A stretch of DNA of 64,000 nucleotides from Anolis carolinensis. Taxonomy: Eukaryota. The notes below the pieces were generated by a model. The model was not told the DNA's origin and did not search any database. It worked only from the letters and a program-made list of their open reading frames with translations. The position numbers and the translations under genes are program-made. The stretch is from NCBI RefSeq assembly GCF_035594765.1, contig NC_085841.1:45677636-45741635 (forward strand), in the 5' to 3' direction. Shown piece by piece: positions 39,960-51,122 of the stretch; within the stretch, counting starts at the first letter, position 1; each line of letters begins with the position of its first letter.

Positions 39960-40429
39960 GGGGCCGGGCTGTGGCGCAGCTGTTGAGCAGCTGCCTTAAA
40001 TCACTCTGACCAAGAGGTCATGAGTTCGAGGCCAGCCCGTGGCGGGGTGAGCACCCGTCAATTAAAAATAAAAAATAGCCCCTGCTCGTTGCTGACCTAG
40101 CAACCCGAAAGATAGTTGCATCTATCAAGTAGGAGATAAGGTACCACTTATAAAAAGTGGGGAGGCAAGATTAACTAATTTACGACCTGGTATGAGGAAG
40201 TGCCGTCAGTGTGGATGATGAAGCAGCTGCTCCCCCCTGTGGCCAGAATCGAACATCCCCTCAGAAGAAGGTTAACTTGCCTCTGCGTGTCTCTCTCTGT
40301 CTCTGTTTGATGTGTTTATGGGCATTGAATGTTTGCCTTATGTGTGTTATAATGTGATCCGCCCTGAGTCCCCTTCGGGGTGAGAAGGGCGGAATATAAA
40401 TACTGTAAATAAATAAATAAATAAATAAA
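39960..40429 (+). mobile_element. tRNA-derived SINE (family of 5388-5888), CpG-rich young copy
   Basis: tgtggcgcagctg A box, gagttcgaggc B box, (TAAA)n tail. Confidence 0.88.
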
Positions 40430-41071
40430 TGTAGTAACTACCTTAATTTAGCTTCCAACCCCTCTCTGTTGGTTAGGATTCAATTCAGGATTTCTGATTC
40501 CTTTGTTCTTTCCTTTAGAAATTGGAAATTATCTGTAAGGCACACCAGAATTTGTTGAACAGTCTCTGCTTAGCAGAGTTAAGCTTCCATCAGATATCAG
40601 GGTAATTCAGGTCTCCCATATTTCTTGTATCTTGGAGATTTCTGAGATTTGTTTCAAAAAAGCATAATTTTTCACTTCCCATCCCTATATCTATGGGACC
40701 CTGTCCCTCTGGGAAGCTGTTAGAAATATCCATATCACAGCAGTAGAAGTATTTGCAAATTGCTTATTTCTCCCATTTTTGCATTTCCTTTTATACTATT
40801 TCAAACTCCTCCTTTCAATTTATCTTTATTGATCAGAAGTAACTGTTCATTGGTCTTCTACTATCAGCCAATTAGCAACAACTTTAACTGGTCTTTTGTC
40901 CTCATCCAATTAGACAGGACTTTCAATGAACTTTTTTTTGCTCAAGGTCATTTATCTGAATATTCTTTATTTAAAAACTCAACAAATCATCATATAAGTT
41001 CAAGACATATCCAACCATTTTAGACTTTAACTAGATGCAATTATTCTGGTTTTCTGCCATCAAGCGATAGC

Positions 41072-41324
41072 TTTTTTATTGTATCAGAAGCAACTTGAGA
41101 ACATACTGCAAGTCACTTCTGGTGTGAGAGAATTGGCCGTCTACAGAGATGTTGCCCTGGGGACGCCCGGATGTGTTAGCTGGGGGCTTCTCTCATGTCC
41201 CCGCAAGCGAGCTAACAGATGGGAGCTCACTCCATCTCCCGGATTTAAACCGGCAGCCTTCAGGTCAGCAACCTAACCTTCAGGTCGGCATAAGGGTTTA
41301 ACCCATTACACCACCACAGCTCCT
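41072..41324 (-). mobile_element. SINE (family of 28123-28409)
   Basis: Reverse-complement similarity; TSD aag(c/t)gatagc at 41062-41071 and 41325-41334. Confidence 0.85.
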
Positions 41325-41359
41325 AAGTGATAGCTGTATGTATGACAGCATGAGCAATC

Positions 41360-41810
41360 TGCATCAATAGGAATCTAGTGTCTAAATCAGGGCAATACCA
41401 CTCTATTCTGTTTTAGTCAGGCCTCAACTGGAATTCCATATTGTGTTTTGGATGCACACTTGGGTAACCAAAATGGTAAAAGATCTAGAAACCATGCACT
41501 ATGTGTGGTGGCTTAGGATGTTTAGCATGGAAAAGAGAGGGTTAAGTGGTAACACGATGGCCATGTTGAAATATTTGAAGAATGAAGATTTTACTAAACC
41601 AGAGAGTAGAACATGGAGAAATGGATTCAAGTTATAGGAAGAGATTTCACCTAAACTTTAGGAAGAAGCTTCTAGTGGTAAGAGCTGTTTGATAGGGGAA
41701 TATATTGCCTCTGAGTGTAGTAGAGTATCCTTCTTCGGAGACTTTTAAACACAGTGTGAATGACCATTTGTCAGGAGTCCTCTGATTCTGAAGTCCTGCA
41801 CAATCTGATT
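41360..41810 (+). mobile_element. Old CR1 3' fragment
   Basis: Degraded match to 22930-23500 (..MFSMEKR.L.G..MA..KYLK..RT..NGFKL). Confidence 0.75.
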
Positions 41811-42645
41811 CTGTAAAGAACTATTCTACTAATCAAGTACATCTCTTCTGTTTTAGCTAGACTCCCTCTTACTCTTTCTAATATGCATGCTTATTCTTGA
41901 TACTTTGGTGATTAAATGCTAATAAATGCCATATTATATTCTGTTTATGAAGGCAGTGATCATAGAATGCACATTATCATTCTTTCTTCCAGTACACAGA
42001 CTTGAGGGCCTTCATTTTACAAAATATAGCATCCAGTCTATAATAAAGTAATTTTTTCCTTCAGACATGATGAAGTGCAGGAAATTAGAAATGTGTTAGT
42101 TAACTTTCTCTTCTGTACTCTTTTGCTCATGCATGAAACAGCCCACAGTGCTGACAATTTAATATTCAGTCATAAGGACCATATTGCCAATGCACCATAT
42201 TATAAATACATCATGCATTAAACTTGTTTATCCAATAAATATGGTGTGGAGCTGTAACAGAGGACTCTTTCTCCCAGTCTTGGAACATGGAAATGTGAAT
42301 TAATTAACATGCCAGAGGGGGAGCAGTTGGGGGAAGAAGAAGAAAAGATGGTACTTTCCAACAAAGGTTGGGAAATTTTAAAATGTAAATGGATGGAAGG
42401 AACCGTGGCATTGCTACTTTTTGCTAAGCTCAGTACCCGCACATATCCAAATGGGTGAATTCATTTGGTCACTCATTGCACAACAAACCAGTTCATCCAA
42501 GCCTACTACTATTCATGATTTGTGTTTGGGAATGGGGGCAAACAGATCAATTCTGACTTACAAAATACTTGATAGTATTCAATTCTATAAACACAAGATT
42601 TACTTTTCCATAGTAATACAGAATTTCCCCCTTTTCCTCTCGCAG

Positions 42646-42781
42646 CTATAAAACTATGTTTACTCGCCTGAAAGGACTGAAGATCGAAATTGAACACTTG
42701 CAGCTACTTATGGAAAAGTCAAAGCTGAAGTTGCAAAAAGACTTTGAAGTATGGTGGTCTGCAAATGCAATAGACGTACAG
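42646..42781 (+). CDS. KIF6: KIF6 coding exon (YKTMFTRLKGLKIEIEHLQLLMEKSKLKLQKDFEVWWSANAIDVQ)
   Basis: ctcgcag| acceptor, |gtatta donor, phase 2-0; matches the recalled conserved KIF6 segment YKTMFTRLKALKVEIEHLQLLM. Confidence 0.95.
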
Positions 42782-42872
42782 GTATTATGGTGTTTTTATC
42801 TTGAAAATCATTTTTACACTTGTTAAAATATGCTCAAAATGTCTGGACATGACATAGAATTTGGGCCAGTTT

Positions 42873-43072
42873 TTTCCCATTTGGCATGCAGTTCGAAAAC
42901 ATGCCAATGTGAGTAGATCAACCTCCAGCAGGAAGGTAATGGCGCTCCATGCAGTCATGCCAGCCACATGACCTTGGAGGTGTCTACGGCTCATCGGCTT
43001 AGAAATGGAGATGAGCACCAACCCCCAGAGTCAGACATGACTGGACTTAACGTCAGGGGAAAACCTTTACCT
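42873..43072 (+). mobile_element. Sauria SINE 3' part
   Basis: gaaatggagatgagcacc...caggggaaaacctttacct end typical of Sauria SINEs (from memory). Confidence 0.75.
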
Positions 43073-43368
43073 ATATATGCACAGGAAGGTGCAACTGCTA
43101 ATCAATATTGTCTGTAAAATCTCTAAAATCTTCAGCCCTTAATGACCCACCTAGTGAGTCTTTCTGAAAACCTGAAACCTGAGTTTGGCTTTTAGAAATT
43201 CATCTTCAGCATTTCGTCATAAATTGCTGACTTTGCAGATATTCTAGGAGAAGGAATAATATAGAAGAGGTTTTTGAAAGTAATCAATACCGGTATTCAA
43301 AAGAGTAGGAGTTAGCTTACTGTTTTTTGTTTTTACTGTTCTCTTTTTCTGTGAAATGTTTCTTTTAG

Positions 43369-43463
43369 AACCAGGAAGAAAAGCCAGTTTTGGTCAATTC
43401 AACTAGTGTCTTAAAGTCTCCGCCTTTAGTCCTTGGAGCCCAAACAGATCCTCCTGCTATCAG
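43369..43463 (+). CDS. KIF6: KIF6 coding exon (NQEEKPVLVNSTSVLKSPPLVLGAQTDPPAI)
   Basis: Long pyrimidine tract, ttttag| acceptor, |gtaaga donor, phase 0-2, open frame; poorly conserved region. Confidence 0.8.
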
Positions 43464-44493
43464 GTAAGATAAGCATCTCTTTGCAAATCTGATGTGTAAC
43501 TGACTTTTTAAAGGTCAAATATTTCAGAATTTGGAAATTTTATTGGTGGGATAAAAAGTGTGTCTGTCTATCTTGATCATCTAGCGAAGAATTTGCAGGA
43601 CAGTATGCAAATTTGGCATTCCGAGGGCCATTCTACTTATTCTTCAATATCTGCAGTGCAGAATCTATCCTCTTCCAAGTCAGTTTCACTGGTAAATAGC
43701 ACTTATCAGCATAATATTTAGCCACAATCTATTCCCCTGCAGATTCCACACATTGGTTCCAACATTTGCCTTCTTCTAAAATAATTCTCATCTAATTTCC
43801 ACATTCTTTATCCAGGGATGTAATATATCTGGTCCTAAAGATCTGAATTGATGTAAAATAGCTAACCATCTCCTTAAGTGAGCTGCATGTCCCTCTTTAT
43901 GTCCTTGTGGATTTAGAAACTGGGTTTAGAAATATTTTCCTGAACATCTGAGTTCCTGAAAATCCAATTCCTTTCTTCCATCTTTCTTTGTTTAAACACA
44001 GAAGAGAGCTTAGGATAGACTATTCAGCAACAGCCAGAGAAACTTAAAGCCAAAATGCTTTTTCTGTAGATAGCTGCTGGATGTTCCACTGCCATTGCCA
44101 GTGAAATTGCTACCAAGTTTTCCCCTTCTCTTAGGCTGATTGTAGTTGCTGTGATACATTAAAGTATGATTCATACTACTAATGCAGTCTGAGAACCTCA
44201 CCTCATCCTCCTAAATATTGTTCATGTCAGTTTTCCCTTAATATCAGTGATTGCCACATTGCCCTCCTATTCCTCTTTCTCATTCTCCATCCTTGAAAAC
44301 AGGAAAATAACAACAACAACAATTTTATTTATAGAACGCCCTCAGGGGAGGTTTCCAACATTTATGGCAAACATTCAGTGCCAGGAAAAAACATCTTAAC
44401 AAATTGCATCAAAACAATACACATCAAAGAAAATAGAACAACTACTACTATAAACTCAATACCAAATAGAAATTGAGCAAAAAATAAAACTTG

Positions 44494-44591
44494 ACAACAA
44501 CCTCTGTATGCCTGCCATAGATGTGAGTGAAACGTCAGGAGAGAATGTTTCTGGAACATGGCCATACAACCCGGAAAACCCACAGCAACCT
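44494..44591 (+). mobile_element. Penelope-like terminal fragment with decayed hammerhead ribozyme
   Basis: gaaacgtcaggagagaatg..ctggaacatggccatac..cccggaaa; inverted partial copy at ~31920-31961. Confidence 0.6.
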
Positions 44592-44689
44592 TGAGCCTTA
44601 ATTCTCCATAGAAACCAAGATAATTAGCTGGGACTGTCTTGTTTGGGGCATACTGTGAAAAAGTCTTGGCTCACTAGAAAAGAAAAATG

Positions 44690-44990
44690 CTTCGGACAAA
44701 AGGTGTTTTGGATAATAGGGTTTTTAAATACCTGTGTTTTTTATATGTACATACTGATATATCTTGGAGATGGATGCAAGTCTAAACATAAAATTCATTT
44801 TCTCCATATACATATAGCCTGAAAGTAATTTTATGCACACTATTTTTAGTAATTTGTGCATGAAAAAATGTTTGTGTGCACTGGCCCATCAGAAAGCAAA
44901 AGTTCCCTATCTCAGCCATCCATGTAGACAGTTTCAAATTTTGGAGAATTTTTTTATTTTGGAATTCCAGATAAGGGACGTTCAACCTGT
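44690..44990. mobile_element. Tigger-like DNA element fragment, followed by a BovB fragment (~44991-45095)
   Basis: Ends in ataagggacgttcaacctgta; similar to 38625-39262. Confidence 0.55.
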
Positions 44991-45505
44991 AATGCTTGGT
45001 AAGGTGAAGGGCAGTAGAAAAAGAGGAAGACTTCACAGGAGACATCCAAGGAAGCCCCAGCACTGACTCTGCAAGGCTAGAACAAGGCTGTTGTTGAAAT
45101 CAATGGCAGTTAAAAACAAAAGAACTTAACTTACCTATTGGCGTGTATTCAGGAATTCCATAAGTTTTAGTATTTATGTTTCTAATCAGCAGTGTTTTAA
45201 AAGACCCTGACACAAACCAAATATCAAGATCTCTCATTAACATATGGAGTTTCCTCATAAGCAAGTACTCTCAAATGGAAAGTAGGTGCTGATTGCTGTA
45301 AATGTTGAAAAAGTTTCCTGTGAATTGATTTTGTATGCATGTAGGAGTTCCTAAGTAGACAAGTAAAAATAGAACCAAAAACAGTATACTCTTATTTCTT
45401 CAGGCATTTGTTCCATTCTTGTGTGACTGTTTTTTATGTGATAACTGCATGGAATGTCTATTGGAGGCCTAGTATTAAGCAACATGCATATAGTTGACCA
45501 TTTTT

Positions 45506-45507
<2 letters not shown>

Positions 45508-45581
<74 letters not shown>
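45508..45581. repeat. Perfect 74-bp palindromic compound microsatellite G(TG)15(TA)6(CA)15C
   Basis: Seen directly. Confidence 0.93.
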
Positions 45582-45586
<5 letters not shown>

Positions 45587-46884
45587 TATGAAGGTTGCTC
45601 TGTTATTGACTTTGGTCCTCATTTTTGGCTGTAAGTTATCAGGTACAATAGAGGTTATTATTATTACTTATATGAAAAATAAAAGCCAAGAGCATGAATA
45701 AAATGTGATATTCTGTGCAGAAGAGAGTGTAAGGTTGTAAATTATTTGCATATTTATGATATCATCTTCTGTGCCATTACACTTGTAATGACCCTTTTAA
45801 GCTTCCTGTGATACTTTTTTTTTCCTTTTTGGACTTTTAAGGTACATTGTGCCTTAAGCCTGTTAAATCCATTTTATGCAGCTATGTTCTCAATGTGATG
45901 GGTAAAATATTTGTAATGGAGCTCTTGACATTGTGAGAAGGAACAGTAAAGTTTATATCCCACTGTCCCAAAAAAATATTCTTGTCCCTTGAAGGCTGTT
46001 TGAGGCATTAGCATTTTAAAGTCAAAGTTTCTAGTTTCTTATATGTAAGAATATAAAATAACCAAATCCTTACTTCCCAAGGATTTCATTGAACCTGAAT
46101 GACACAGTAACCTTATTTATTAATTCCTGTAATTGCTTAGGATGAACCCTTTTAAGCTTATATTTTCCTTTGGCTCCATAGCACTGGAGCACAAAAAGCT
46201 CTTTGTTACTAAAGCCACCCAGAACAAACTGGTAATTTATTTAGAAAAAATAATATAACTACCTTCTTCCATCAGTCAACCAACAGAACAGTGAAAGTCG
46301 ACAGGAATTATGAGGTATGTAGCAATAAATGTGAGTCACAATAACAAAATAGCTGTCCTGAGTTCCTTCGGGGAGAGAGGTGCAGGTTAGAAATAACATT
46401 TTATTATTATTTTATTATTGTGAAAATAATAACAAAATAACCAAAATACTATAGCTATTCACTGCATGTTATATTGTTAGTTTGTGTGTGTCTTCAAGTT
46501 GTTTCCAGCTTATGGCATCCTAAAGTGAACGTATCTTGGGTTTTCTTGGCAAGATTGTTTCTCCTTAATCCTTATGTACTTTTCAAGGCATGGGATTTGT
46601 GTGCATGTTGCAAATTAAGGATGTAAGTGTTTATCTGAAGTTTAAGCATTTACAAATCTACATAGTTATTCATATATTAGTACTTCAATATAATAGTAGC
46701 TGGACTGGATGGTGCTAGAAAAGAAGGAAGGCAGTTTCTTCGTGGCCATCCAAGTAGCCTATTTCCCTAGTGCTGACCTTAAAAGGTTTTCAGAGCTAAA
46801 ATGCTCTGGGAAAAGTGACTTGCCACATAACATGCAGGGGCGGCTCATGCACTATGCAAAGTACGCACTTGTGGAAGGCACGAT

Positions 46885-46898
46885 CCGCTAGAGGGCGC
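46885..46898 (+). promoter_or_regulatory. CTCF core-motif match CCGCTAGAGGGCGC
   Basis: Close match to the CTCF consensus; binding not shown. Confidence 0.45.
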
Positions 46899-47039
46899 CA
46901 CCGGCAGGCTACTGGGGCAGGTTTCTCGAAGTCCCGGGCCTTTGCCGGAGGGAAGAATTTCCTTCCTCCAGCAAAGGCCCGGCCAAGGGAAACCCGGGGC
47001 ATGTTATGGGGACACTCTCCCGCCCCAGCAGCCCCAGGC

Positions 47040-47470
47040 CATGGCCCTCCTCTCGTGGCCCCCTCTCTCTCATGCCCCCTCACGTGCGCCCCCCCTCTCT
47101 CACCCCCCCCTCTCTCGCGTGCCCCTTCTCTCTCATGGCCCCTCTCTCACACACCCCTCATGGCCCTCTCTCTCACAGCCCCCTCTCTCTCGCCCCCTCT
47201 CTCTCTCGCCCCTCGCGGCCTCTCTCACGGCCCTCTCACCCCTCTCATGGCCCTTTCTCTCTTGCGGCCCCCTCTCTCTCTCGCAGCCCCCTCTCTCTTG
47301 CATGACCCCTCCCTCTCTCCCCTCTCTCTCTTGCAGCCCTCTCGCCTCTCATGGCCTTCTCTCACAGCTGTCTCGCCCCTCTCGCGGCCCTCTCGCCTGC
47401 ACGGCCCTCTCACCCCTCTCTCTCTCACGGCTCTCTCGCCCCTCACGGCTTCTCTAATGCCTCTCTTGTG
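47040..47470. repeat. CT-rich degenerate tandem repeat (ggcccctctctcac-like units)
   Basis: Seen directly; strongly pyrimidine-biased on +. Confidence 0.85.
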
Positions 47471-47480
47471 GCCGTCGCAG

Positions 47481-47670
47481 CCCTGGACATGACCTGAGGC
47501 CAGGCCCCCGGCCCCTCCATCCCCCTGCGCCCTTCTTGGACTCCACCCGCAATGCCCGGCACGCCCTCCGTGCCTGGAAGGAGCGCTTCAGACGCACACA
47601 GGTCTGGCAGGTCGAGCGGGCCTGCACCCATGCCATGCACCTCCTCGAGTACCCACACAGCCGCAAATAA
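47481..47670 (+). other. GC-rich exon-like segment of unidentified origin
   Basis: Follows a long pyrimidine tract and cgcag| acceptor; open frame with G/C at 41 of 48 third positions (47521-47664); ends at the L2 tail. Confidence 0.45.
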
Positions 47671-47848
47671 TAATAATAATAATAATAATAAAACTTTATT
47701 TATACCCCGCCACCATCTCCCCAACGGGGACTCGGGGCGGCTTACATGGGGCCATGCCCAGAACAGTACAATATAGCAAAATATAAAACAACATATCATA
47801 ATACAATTAAACAATACAATAAATAATCATGTACAATGCAACACAAAA

Positions 47849-47893
<45 letters not shown>

Positions 47894-50800
47894 CAGGGCG
47901 GGCCGCATGAGACACTTAGTTAAAACTTGGGGTGAGAAAAGGATAAGAATACAACCACAGAGAACAGGGACATAAGATAAAAAAACAATCTAGAGGATAG
48001 ATGTTGGGGGAGTAACAAAAGAAGTGTGTAATAGTTACTCTCCGAAAGCACATCGGAAAAGCCAGGTTTTTAAATCTTTCCTGAAGGCTAAAAGAGTGGG
48101 GGCTTGCCTGATTTCGATGGGCAGTGAGTTCCATAAACGGGGGGCCACAGCAGAAAAGGCCCTCTCCCTTGTTCCCACAAGGCGGGTCTGGGATACAGGC
48201 AGTGGCGACAGGAGGGCCTCCCCTGATGATCGAAGAGATCGGGCAGGTTTATGGTAGGAGATACGGTCACGAAGGTAGGTGGGTCCCAAACCGTTTAGGG
48301 CTTTATAAATGATGGTCTGCACCTTGAATTGGGATCGGAAAGTGAACGGCAGCCAGTGGAGCTCCTTAAACAGGGGAGTAGATCTCTCCCTGTAACTCGC
48401 CCCCATTATTAATCTGGCAGCCGAGCGTTGGACCAGTTGTAATTTCCGAGCCGTCTTCAAGGGAAGCCCCATGTAGAGCGCATTACAGTAGTCCAGTCTA
48501 GAGGTAACTAGGGCATGGACCACCGTGGTCAAGTCAGACTTCACGAGGTATGGTCGCAGTTGGCGCACAAGTTTGAGTTGTGTGAAAGCCCTCCCGGCCA
48601 CCGCCGACACCTGACCCTCAAGCATCAACGCTGAATCCAGGAGGACCCCCAAACTGCGGACCTGTGATTTCAGGGGGAGTGCGACCCCGTCCAGCACAGG
48701 TTGCCACCCGATACCCCGATCAGACGAGCGACTGACCAGGAGAGCCTCTGTCTTGTCAGGATTGATCCTCAACTTGTTCCTCCTCATCCAGTCCGCCACA
48801 GCGGCCAGGCACTGGTTCAGCATCCGAGGGGCTTCCTTGGATTCAGATGGAAACGAGTAGTGGATTTGCGTGTCATCCACGTAGAGATGGCAATGCCCTC
48901 CAAAACTCCGGATGACCTCTCCCAGCGGTTTCATGTAGATGTTAAATAGCATGGGGGATAAGATAGACCCTTGCAGGACCCCACAGGTCAATGGCCAGGG
49001 GTCCGAGCAGGTATCCCCCAGCTTCACCATCTGGGAACGGCCCTCCAGGAAGGACTGGAGCCACTGCAGAACCGTGCCACCGAGCCCCATCCCAGAGAGC
49101 TTCCCCAGAAGGATACCATGGTTGATGGTATCGAAAGCCGCTGAGCTTAACCAGCCAAGAAGGACAAGGATCCAGAGTGCAAGTGGTCGCCCTCACAGAC
49201 CCAAGAATCCCCTCCATGTCATCAGGAAGGACAAGCCGGAAAGAATCCCATAAGATCGAACAGACAGGTGCCTCGGTTACCTCCGCTGGAACCACAGTTA
49301 AGCTGGAGTCCAACTCACGACGTATCTGAGCAACTTTGCCTGCAAAATGATGTGCGAAATCGCTGCACCGAGTTGCCAAGTCATCAGGAAGCCCCTGGGT
49401 CTCAGGGGGCCACAGGAGCTCCCCAACAACTCGGAACAACTCCGATGGCCTGTTGGCTGCAGACGCTATGCGGGCAGTCGTGAAAGCTTTCCTGGCTGCT
49501 CGCAGAGCCACGGAGTAAGCCTTAATAGCGGTTTTAGCCCATGCTTGGTCAGACACATCCTGAGATTTCCTCCAGATGCACTCTAGTCGCCTCCTCGCAC
49601 GCTTCATCACAGCCAGCTCCTCAGTGAACCAAGGAGTCGACGTGACTCTACGCAGCGAAAGGGGACGTTCGGGAGCGATCGTGTCAAGTGCCCTTCCCAA
49701 CTCGCTGTTATAACGATCAGCCAGGACATCAACAGGATCGCCAGTCTCCAGAACAGGAAGATCCCCAAGAGACCTCAGAAGTCCATCCGGATCCATCAGC
49801 CTCCTGGGGCGAACCATCTTAATGGGTCCACCACCCCTGCGGAGGTTAGAAGCCACGGCGAAACTTAAACAGATCAGATGATGGTCAGACCATGACAATG
49901 GAAGAATACTTTGCTCTTCCACTCTGACTGTCCCACCGTCCACAATAAAAACCAGGTCCAACGTGTGTCCCGCCTGATGTGTGGGCCCAGATATAACTTG
50001 AGTCAGCCCTATGGTCGTCATGGCAACCATGAAATCCTGAGCTGCACCTGTCAAAGTGGTCTCGGCATGAATGTTAAAGTCCCCCAAAACTATGTGTTGT
50101 TGGGAGACCAGGGCCGAATTGGAGACCACTTCTGCTAGCTCGGACAGAGAGACTGCTGGGTCGCAGGGTGGACGGTACACCAGCAGAATCCCCAAGCTGT
50201 CTCGGGCTCCCACCTTCAGGAAGACACACTCAAACCTCGAAGACTGCGGAACGGCACATCTGATCAGGGCGATGGACTGCCAAAAGATCACCGCGACTCC
50301 TCCTCCCCGCCCCCCAGCCCTGGCCTGCTGATGCACCCCGAAACCTGGTGGACACAGCTGGGTGAGATTCACACCACCCTGCTCGTCCAACCACGTCTCG
50401 GTGATGCATGCCAGATCCGCCCCCTCATCCAGGATCAAATCCTGGATAACAGCTGTTTTACCGTTGACGGATCTGGCGTTCAAAAGCAGGACCTTAAGGC
50501 TGGGAGGTCTGTCCTGAAGACTACCACACCTATTCCTCTCCAGGGTCACAAAAACTCTGTTGCGCTTCTCCCTGGGTCGAAAGTGACCGTTCTTCCTTCT
50601 CCCCCAAACCACCTCAATGAGACCCTGCCCGTGGAAACCCTCTTCCCCCTGGAGAGTTGACTGATTGAGGTTGCCCTTTAAAGGGGATAGTCAGCTGTCC
50701 TGAGATAGGAAATCACCAGCAATACTTGATTGTTTAAAGGAGGAGCCTATCTCCGCTGGTGTAAGAGGAAAGGAGTCATCTAACAGATCATCATCTAGCG

Positions 50801-51122
50801 TGGGAAGGGGGCTAGGCACTAATGATGTCTGAGAGCGGGACTGAGAGGTAGCATAGACATGGCCTAAAATTGGGGGATCTTGTCTACCAAGATTCAGCCT
50901 GATGTCCAAGGGGCAAAGACAAGGCAGATAGGAGCCCGTCACCATCCCCAGCATTTTGCCAGGTGTGTCTCCAGGGCAGGCCTGGGCCAACTTGGCAGCT
51001 GAGGGGGGAAAGGGCCTGAGTCTGGGTTGAGGCAAGTGAGGTTTACATATCTGTGGAATGATGTCCAGGGTGGGAGAAAGGGAGAACTCTTGTCTGCTGG
51101 AGACAGGTGTGGATTTTGCCAT
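47666..51122 (-). mobile_element. L2-clade LINE, 5'-truncated, with internal deletion in ORF2
   Basis: (TTA)n tail, 3' UTR, RT C-terminus (48035..49090), APE endonuclease (..50612) and probable ORF1 end (50691..51122). Confidence 0.9.
48035..50612 (-). pseudogene. L2 ORF2 (APE endonuclease + RT), frameshifted by deletion at ~49145
   Basis: LLNARS, ITETW, GDFN, SDH (APE); GVLQGSILSP, YVDD, SRLDYCN (RT); DPCPSWLVKL is joined out of frame to SAAFDTINH. Confidence 0.88.

Noticed and set aside
39486-40700. Possible old L1 remnants (also ~35700-36100, ~43700-44300, ~56540-57290)
   Set aside because: Only faint resemblance; no diagnostic motif or boundary I can support.
46276-46314. 39-nt exon candidate with strong GAG|GTATGT donor
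   Set aside because: Contains TGA in the phase-2 frame required by flanking KIF6 exons.
46815-47492. Pro/Leu/Ser-rich ORFs in several frames
   Set aside because: Low-complexity CT repeat lacks stop codons by composition.
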